Assembly: GCA_950097015.1 (NCBI GenBank) | Contig: CATNEN010000038.1 | Location: forward strand, 806,001 to 870,000 | Direction of reading: 5' to 3' | Source of the DNA: Macrostomum hystrix | Taxonomy: Eukaryota > Animalia > Platyhelminthes | Length of the DNA: 64,000 nucleotides | Shown: one piece after another, positions 56,535 to 64,000 of the stretch | Position numbering within the stretch: position 1 is the first letter of the stretch | Layout: the number at the start of each line of letters is the position of its first letter | Notes under the pieces: model-generated | What the model was told of the DNA's origin: nothing | Database searches by the model: none | What the model saw: only the letters and a program-made list of their open reading frames with translations | Translations under genes and position numbers: made by a program

Positions 56535-59500
56535 ATGTGGCTTTGTCTTATAGCCGGCAGTTGTGTTCTGTGGAGCCTAGCAAGTGCCGACTCTGGTAAG
56601 AATCTTTGTTTATAATATTCTCTGCAGGCTATTTACATTTTGGACTTGAAACATTTGATTCCGGGGGGTCAGTGGCAGAGCGGTTTGCCTCGCACCCTTG
56701 AGGGCCAACTCCAGAGCAAAGAGAAAGTGTACATTACCTGACGATTAGAAAGTCAGGACAGACGTACACACCTGTGTGAGGGTGTGCCTGCGTACGGTAT
56801 CTGTGTGCGTGTGCGCTCAGGAGTCAGCGAAATGGGCAGAATTGCCTCCTCTACTCGCTAGCTGCGGGTCTAGTGTCCCCAAATGATGTACCATTGCCCG
56901 CGGCCCTCCAGCAGTTCTTATTATTATTATTATTATTATGCTTTGATTCCGCAGTGTGCTCAGGGCACCAGAGACTCCACCTGGATTCAGATGAGCCGCC
57001 TGCATCGCTGCTGAGCCATGTCGGGTTCGGAACTCCAAACAACTTCTTTCAAGTGCCCTCATGGGACGGCATCAACTGCAGCTGGATTCTGGAAGCTAAG
57101 CAAAACTGCGTCATAGTGTTCGATTTTCTTTTCTTCGATTTGAGCTCCAGTTCCGACAAGGTTTCCGTGTATGATGGCGAGACCGGGCCGTTGATTGTTG
57201 AGCTACCTACAAGAAGCACCGGTTTCATTGATGGGAAAAACTTGCGCACCACTAAAAACACTATGCGAATTCAATTCGTAGCTGAGTATTATTACACGCG
57301 CGTGATGGATCGCCTCGGCTTCCGGATCATGGCTCAGCCTCTGTGTCTGTCGAGCTACTCGGGTGAGCCGTGGGAAGCTCTGGAATTTCTATTATCTATT
57401 TAGGATTGACAAAATAAAAAATTAGAAGCATTTAAATTTTCCCATTGAAGTTTGCAACGGCGACCAGAGGATTATGGCTGGCGGGGTGGGCGCCATGGGC
57501 CAGCTAGTCAGTCACTCCAACTTTGGTACCGTCATCGGTGTGATTAGTAGGTACCTGCAGCCGGCCAACTGTAGCTGGACAGTGGAGGCCCCAGGCGGCT
57601 GTCGCTTGGTAGTGCGCGTTGGCTTCCTGGACCTGACTCCGGAGTTCCAGGACCTGGTCTTCACGGACAGCGACGAACGCACAGTGCTGCATAGGCACAC
57701 CTATCGATGGCCCGGCTCCGTTCCTGAAGGAAAAGAGTTCTTTGAGTCGACGGGAACAATTTTCAAGATAAGTTTCGTGAGCTACTTGGCCGGCTGGTAT
57801 ATCAATTGTGGCTTTCGTGTTACCTTCAAGTCAGTCTGCCCTGGCGCTACTCGTCTGCGTAAGTATCTGTAAGACTTCTAAATTAAAAATTCTAAGTTCG
57901 GGCGCCATGTCATGATGTTCCCCATAGACATGGAGGATGCAACAATTTGTGTATTCGCAGTAAGAGACCATCTTTACGGCTCTAAAAACGCAGTAAAGGA
58001 GCGAGCGAGAAACATAAGATAAGGAGGGGGTTGGCTGTAAGACAGTAAGAGAGTGCGCGACTGGGGTTAGAGAAAGACGCTGGAATGTGAGAGGCGAACC
58101 AATCAGAAGGGGCCGTAAAGGCGCGAGTGCGACGGCAGAGGCAGAGGACCAGAAAGAATTAGAGCGAGGTGACAAACAGACTGTGATGGATGGAAGGAAA
58201 ACAGACCAAATGTTGAAATAAACTAGAGAGGTGGACGATTCCGCTATTGTACAACCTTCGAAACAGGTTTGGAACGCGGTCTTTTGAATGAATAATTTTT
58301 CTGAATGTTTCGTAGTTCCATACAGCAGCAGATTAAAGTCGGTGACCACTGAAGTCGGACATTCGAGTGGCGTGATGATAAAGTTTGACGGCCTGGCAAG
58401 GCCGCACTGAAACTAAAACGCATTGCAAATTCGTGTATAGGGTAGTATGCAATACAAGTTTTGAAGGGAAAAATCTGACCTTCGGCCCGAATCGTTGAAT
58501 ATCTCGACTATCTGAAAGGCTGGCGACGCGCTTCTTTTTTCAGAAGATGCGCAACAAAAAGTTGGCCCGTGTTCTTGAGTTTGTGTTCTTGCGCTGCTCA
58601 GTTCGGTTGCAGCAAAAATAATTGTCAGGGGAGGGGGAAACCCCCGGGTAGTTCTTCTCTTTACACTATTTTGTATTGCTAAAAACTGTCAATAAACTGT
58701 TACAGCCTGCAGCGGTCACCACACGCTCAATGCTTGCCCGTTTGAGACATCGTTGCCCCTTGTAAGCCATCCGGAGTTTGGTGCAGCCATCGGCAGCCGC
58801 TACGCAAACAACATGAACTGCAGCTGGACAATCGACACACTGTCCAACTGTCAGATATTGCTGAAATTTTCGCACCTGGACCTTGGGCAAGGTGACGTTC
58901 TATCCGTTTGGGACATTTCTGGTGGGCTTCTAGCACAATGGAATGGGTCTGTGGACGGCCAGACACTGCCTGGGAGCATCCTGTCCAACAGATCTCGAGT
59001 GCGAGTCCTGTTCTTGTCGGATGCCAGTGGTGCGCAATCCGGCTTCAGCCTGATGTACAGGGTCGACTGCATGGTACCCCTGCACTGTGCGTTGAAATTC
59101 GTTCTTTCAGCTTGCACCGACTCTGCAATGCTTATAGCAATTATTACATAGCTGATTTCAGCAAGCTGTGTGTTAACGGCGGACAATCATGCACACAACT
59201 GGGACAATCGACCCCTTCTGATAGCTGGGAGGCAATTCTGTCCAATCCGCTGACCCTTGAGTACACACGAGCACACAGAAACGTTTACAGACACACTCTC
59301 ATCATTTCTTGGAGCTAGGCGCGGATTCGATCTCATAACATTGACGCACTACCGTTCCACTGCTCTAACCCCTTGCGACGAAACGTTTATGTACATGCGT
59401 ATTAGCAAGTTTGCTCTTGTTAGAGCCGTGAAGTGAAAGATGAAGATTTTGCATTGGTTTGAAAAGATTTTTTACGAGTGCAATGAAATATTGTCATTCA

Positions 59501-62500
59501 TTTAAAGGGACAATAGTTGTACTGTCCTTTTTAACAATCTTTGAAACAGCCTGCATTGGCGCAGCCTCTCAAAGTCTGCGAAACCCTCTGGACGAGAAAG
59601 AGAGGTACATCACGTTCTGTGTCGGATTTCGAGAGAGGATCACGAGCTACGCTGGCACGGAGCATGGCCTGCAGCTTCGCAATCAAACTGGCAACTGCCA
59701 CAGGATTTTCCGGGCTCCCTCCGGCTACGTGGTGAAAGTGAGGCTGGTTGAAGCCAGTTTGGCAGTGCCGCAAAACAGACTGCTGATCATCGACGGCGAC
59801 GACAGGCAGATCGCCAGCATCAACCAGCTAGATCACAGAAGCGACGCGCTCAACTGGCCCATCGGGTCGGAGTTTCGCTCGATGGGCCAGAGGCTGCAGG
59901 TAAATTTTTCTTGGTCTAATTTGACATCGGTCCAACCGAGACTGCTACTTTTAGTCGCAGCAGTTGCAGCACCTTGGACTGACCTCACAGGTGCGATTAA
60001 TGTGAAAATAATTGATGCATCAATTTCGTTCTGTTATGCTTTTGCTTTAAATGAATTAAACCACCATTTAACACGCTCTTCTTCAGTTTGCAACCTCACT
60101 GTCAACGCCAACAGCTGCAATGTGACAGTGAGGGGAGGGCGCATCAGCAGGGTTGTTGTAGTGGTGCCTGGAAGCAGCAGTGCTCAACCGTGCTCCAGCA
60201 TTCCAAGTGTTAACATTTGGACGACTGTAACCAGTCGAATATTCGCTTGGCTGTCCTACTCCAACTCATCTGAGGCAAGCGTGCAGTTCCTCGACACATC
60301 CACAGGCGACCCGCTAGGCAGATACCAGGCGAAAAGCGGAGCAGAAGTTCCGTTCACAAACTACGACGAGCCGGCTGTGTACGCGTCCTCTGGCAGCAGC
60401 ATGACTGCCAGACTGAGCTGCGGTCGGCATCCCTATGCTCTTGAGATGCTTCTCAACCTGTCTGCCAGTTATAGCAATTTTCTATGTAAGTTCTGGGTCT
60501 ACACAGTAGGAGACCATCTTTACAGGTTGTAGCCTAGTGATTAGATCGTCGGCTCACGACTTGAAGGTGGGGGTTCGATTCCCGACTGCACTGGAACCAT
60601 TTGTGTCCTTTAGCTTAAGCTCACCCAGCTGTTAAATGGGTACCAGCATCAGCATGGCGATAATTGAGGGTGGGTGTGGTGTCCCCCAGTCCATGGACTG
60701 GACAGTCGTACGCAACCTTCAGACGCAACCTGTGCTGTCGCCTCACATCTCGCCTAATTAGGGCAGTTGTAATAATAAAAAATGCTTGTAGAAAAAACTG
60801 TTTGATAGAGACCACCTGATTATTAAACCCGGTAATTACACTCTGCGCAATTATAGGTCAACTTTTAGTATGAAACTCGTTGCCTTTAATTCTTTCCAAC
60901 TTAAAGCGCGATTAACAGGCTCTGCTATAACACAAAATACTTTTAGTTTGCAACAAGGGAATAAAGTGGGTCCAGGTGCCCTCGGATCAGAGATTCAACG
61001 AGTATCTGATCAGCCACGCCCAGTTCGGTGTGGGCCGCATTGTGTACGACAACAACCAGAACTGCGGCTGGACAGTGCAGACTAGCACAGGCTGCAGCAT
61101 CGCTTTGAGCTTTGTCTATGTGGATCTGGACATTGGCGACTGGCTTGGAGTAACTGACGCCGGCAGCAATCAGTTGATGCGCAACCTCACGGGCAGGTGG
61201 ATGGACCAGCTTGAAGGCGACTTGCAGCCGCTGGAGTCTACGAGCAGCTGGGGATTTCGAATCGAGTTCGTGTCGAATGCCTCGGGCGCCATGCTGGGGT
61301 TCAAGCTCGCCTACCGGCCAGTCTGCTTGGCGACGCCTTTCAGTGAGGCCACGAAGATTCGACGCTGTTTTTAAAAACTGATTAACAAGTTAGAATCGGA
61401 GTTGTGATTTTTTATTTTACGTTTTTAGCTTGCAACGGGCAACAACGCATTTTCGCCTACAAAGGCGAGCCGCCAATGCCTCTGGCCAGCCAGGCGAATT
61501 TCGGTACTTTCGGAAGCTACTACAGTGCACCCAAGAACTGCAGTTGGACCATAGAGAGCTCAAGCAGGTGCAAAATTGCACTTAGCTTCACGCATTTTGA
61601 TCTAAAAGGCTACACATACGACTGGTTACAGCAAGCCGATCCTACGGTGACTGTCATGGACGATGCATCGGCTGCCTATTTGTTTCCTGAAAATGATAGT
61701 GGATTGTTTACACCACCGATGCGAAGTCTTCTATTGAGCAGCGTCGTGCGGGTGCAATTCCTTGGTGGACAGCATTGGTATAGTATGGGACAAGGCTTTC
61801 GGCTCACCTATCAAGCGCATTGCGGTTCCGATGAGATTAGTAAGATACGAATGACTTGATAAAATAGAAAATATACCGAAAACAGACTTACTGCACAGCC
61901 GCAGCTATTGCGCGATGCATCCAAATCATGTTAATTTTGCTGCTCAGTCCATGGACCAGGGTAGTTGCTAAGCCAGAGTTTTGTATTGGGGGGGAGTGTT
62001 CTTGGGGCGCAATCTCGGGTTTAAGAGGCGTCGGCCATTGGGGAGGGGCTGGACTAAAGGGCAGCCGCACCCAAACCAATTTCTGCCCCAGAAAATGCTG
62101 GCCCTCATTTCACAGCTGGGTGAATTGATGCGAACAGAAATCGAGTGTGTTGCTCCATGACATTCCTGACGGAGGTTAGAACTCAAGACTTCTCGGTCAA
62201 CTGTAAACAACTGGGCCACAACTTGATTTAGGAAATGATTCTAGACAATAGTATAGCTTCTAAATTTCAAGCAGAATGCGCGCAATAGCTGTAGTACTCA
62301 TCAATATTCTGCAGCATGCAATGGCACGGATGTCGGGCCGATCCGCCTCACGGTCGGGAACAATTCATCAGCGCCGGCAGTCGTGCTGACTAGTCACAGG
62401 AGCCTTGGCACTTCAGTCGGTAGCCTCTACGAGAACAGGCAAAACTGCAGCTGGACCATCGAGGCACCCGACGGCTGGATGGTGGGCCTGACTGCTGTCT

Positions 62501-64000
62501 ACTCCGATCTCGAGCCTGGATTCGATACACTTCGCGTGTTCAACAGCTACATTGACAACGCTGCCGGCCCGCAGCTGCTGGGCGAGCTGTCACAGCAGTG
62601 GAATAGCTCATGCTCGGTCGGAGAGCAACTAGAGTCGGATCCTGGCCGTCGCATGCGAGTTCGATTCCAGTCGGACGAAAGCGTCGCCTTTAGCGGCTTC
62701 AGACTCAACGCGGAGTCTTCAAAACCAGTTTCAGGTGCGCTGGAATCTGTATGCTCACTTAAAATGCGTTTTCCTGGGCCTGAATGGGGCCAGGAATTGA
62801 TAAGCGATATGAGAGAAGTTTTAAACCCAGTGTGTTTAATAAGCTGGTGTTACTTGTTGAAGGTCTAGTAGCTGCGCTTAGGTAAAGGCCAGTAAACTGA
62901 CTATAAGAAGGCCGTGGTAGATGAGCTGATGAAATTTGGAAGCTTCGTGAAGCAGTAACTGAGGTGCCGTGCTGCTTGGCGTTCATGGGTTTACTGAATG
63001 TCATTAACAATAAAAAAACTTTTGCAGGGCTATGGGACATCATTTGGTGACACTAGAACTGATTTTAATCACCCAGTTTTCCCGCCTGTAATTACAGCAT
63101 GCAATTTAGACGATAACTTGTTATTTTTTATGTCATTCATTATTACTCGTATCAGCCCAGAATTGATTAAATGTAGTTTATTTATGCACCCAGCGACGAG
63201 GGACTTCTGCCCATTTCACTGACTCCTCAGCACAAACGCATACTGGTGTGTACATCTGCCCGGACTTCCTCATCGTCAGGCAGTGTACACTTTCCCTGAG
63301 CCTTGGAGGTTGGCACTAAGGGACGACAAACCCCCAAGCCTTCTCTCCGCTGCTGCGCCCCAAATGAATGTGGCCTCGCCGTAGAATCGAACTTTGGGAC
63401 CTTAGTGCGAAACGCGAACGCTCTGCCACCGACCCCCCAACTGAATGCATTAGTGCGTTTGTGAAAAATCTGACGTTGAGTCAGAATCGTTGAATATCTT
63501 GACGTTCTGCTGGTGGTGGCTTCATTCTAGTTTCGGAAGGTCCGCGACAACGTTTTTAAGAATTTCGTGCACTTGTATTGCTCCGCTCAGGTTCACCGAA
63601 AAATGCAAGGGGTATTTCCACTTCTGGTTCTTGTCATTAGTACGAGTGTGTGTATCGCGCATGCCGTCAGTACAATTTAGGCATAACGATTGAACAGCAT
63701 TTGACAACCGAATCAAACAATTAGGCCAGTAAATGATTATCTGAATCTAGAATACAAGCTCGTTATGTTGGCAATAATTAAAATCTGTAATTTGACATCC
63801 TAGTGTGCAGCGGCAGCCAGCAGTTGGTTCGGGCCTTCGTTGACGACCCGATGCAGTCGCTGAATAGCCACGAAAATTTCGGCACTTTGCCCTACGCTGA
63901 CAACCTGGACTGCAGTTTGACACTGCAGACGATAGGGGGGTGCGGAATCGTCGTCACTGCCCTCTACCTGGACCTGCACTCTCAGAGCGACGCTGTGTCG
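56535..64000 (+). CDS. Multi-CUB-domain extracellular protein (cubilin-like), 3' incomplete
   Basis: Signal-peptide exon 56535-56595, then domain exons 56955-57362, 57451-57858, 58706-59086, 59550-59990, 60087-60485, 60947-61342, 61429-61839, 62315-62734 and 63804 onward. Motifs NCSWTI, F..LDL, F.SD.S....GF...Y; all introns phase 1. Confidence 0.88.
56665..56938 (+). mobile_element. SINE family A in CUB-gene intron 1
   Basis: Family body and (TTA)n tail. Confidence 0.78.
63020..63437 (-). mobile_element. SINE family A, interrupted copy
   Basis: Reverse complement begins GGGGGTCGGTGGCAGAGCG and contains the family body. Confidence 0.75.

Noticed and set aside
59459-60532. Single 357-aa ORF as a standalone gene
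   Set aside because: It is two CUB-gene exons joined by a stop-free 96-nt intron (59991-60086).

Overview
AT-rich, intron-containing invertebrate nuclear DNA. The GC-rich exons, dense young minisatellites and tRNA-SINEs resemble a free-living flatworm such as Macrostomum, but that is an inference. Host genes: an otopetrin, two divergent Cys-loop ligand-gated ion channel subunits, a 14-exon IQCA1/DRC11 (minus strand) head-to-head with a RING/NHL-like gene, two intronless FkbM-family methyltransferases, an EGF/D8C/mucin-repeat protein, and a multi-CUB gene running off the right end. Mobile and repetitive DNA: an intact RTE-clade LINE with a 10-bp TSD, a decayed Polinton/Maverick (adintovirus) block, an inverted pair of Penelope-type minimal hammerhead ribozyme motifs, a hAT MITE, a TTAA MITE, three SINE families and about 17 tandem arrays (roughly 11 kb). 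The most unusual items are the LINE 5' end (18 acceptor-like 17-mers plus a cUUCGg hairpin abutting the ATG), the hammerhead pair downstream of otopetrin, the viral relic, and the channel pair with opposite charge at the selectivity filter. All calls come from reading motifs by eye; no database search was run.
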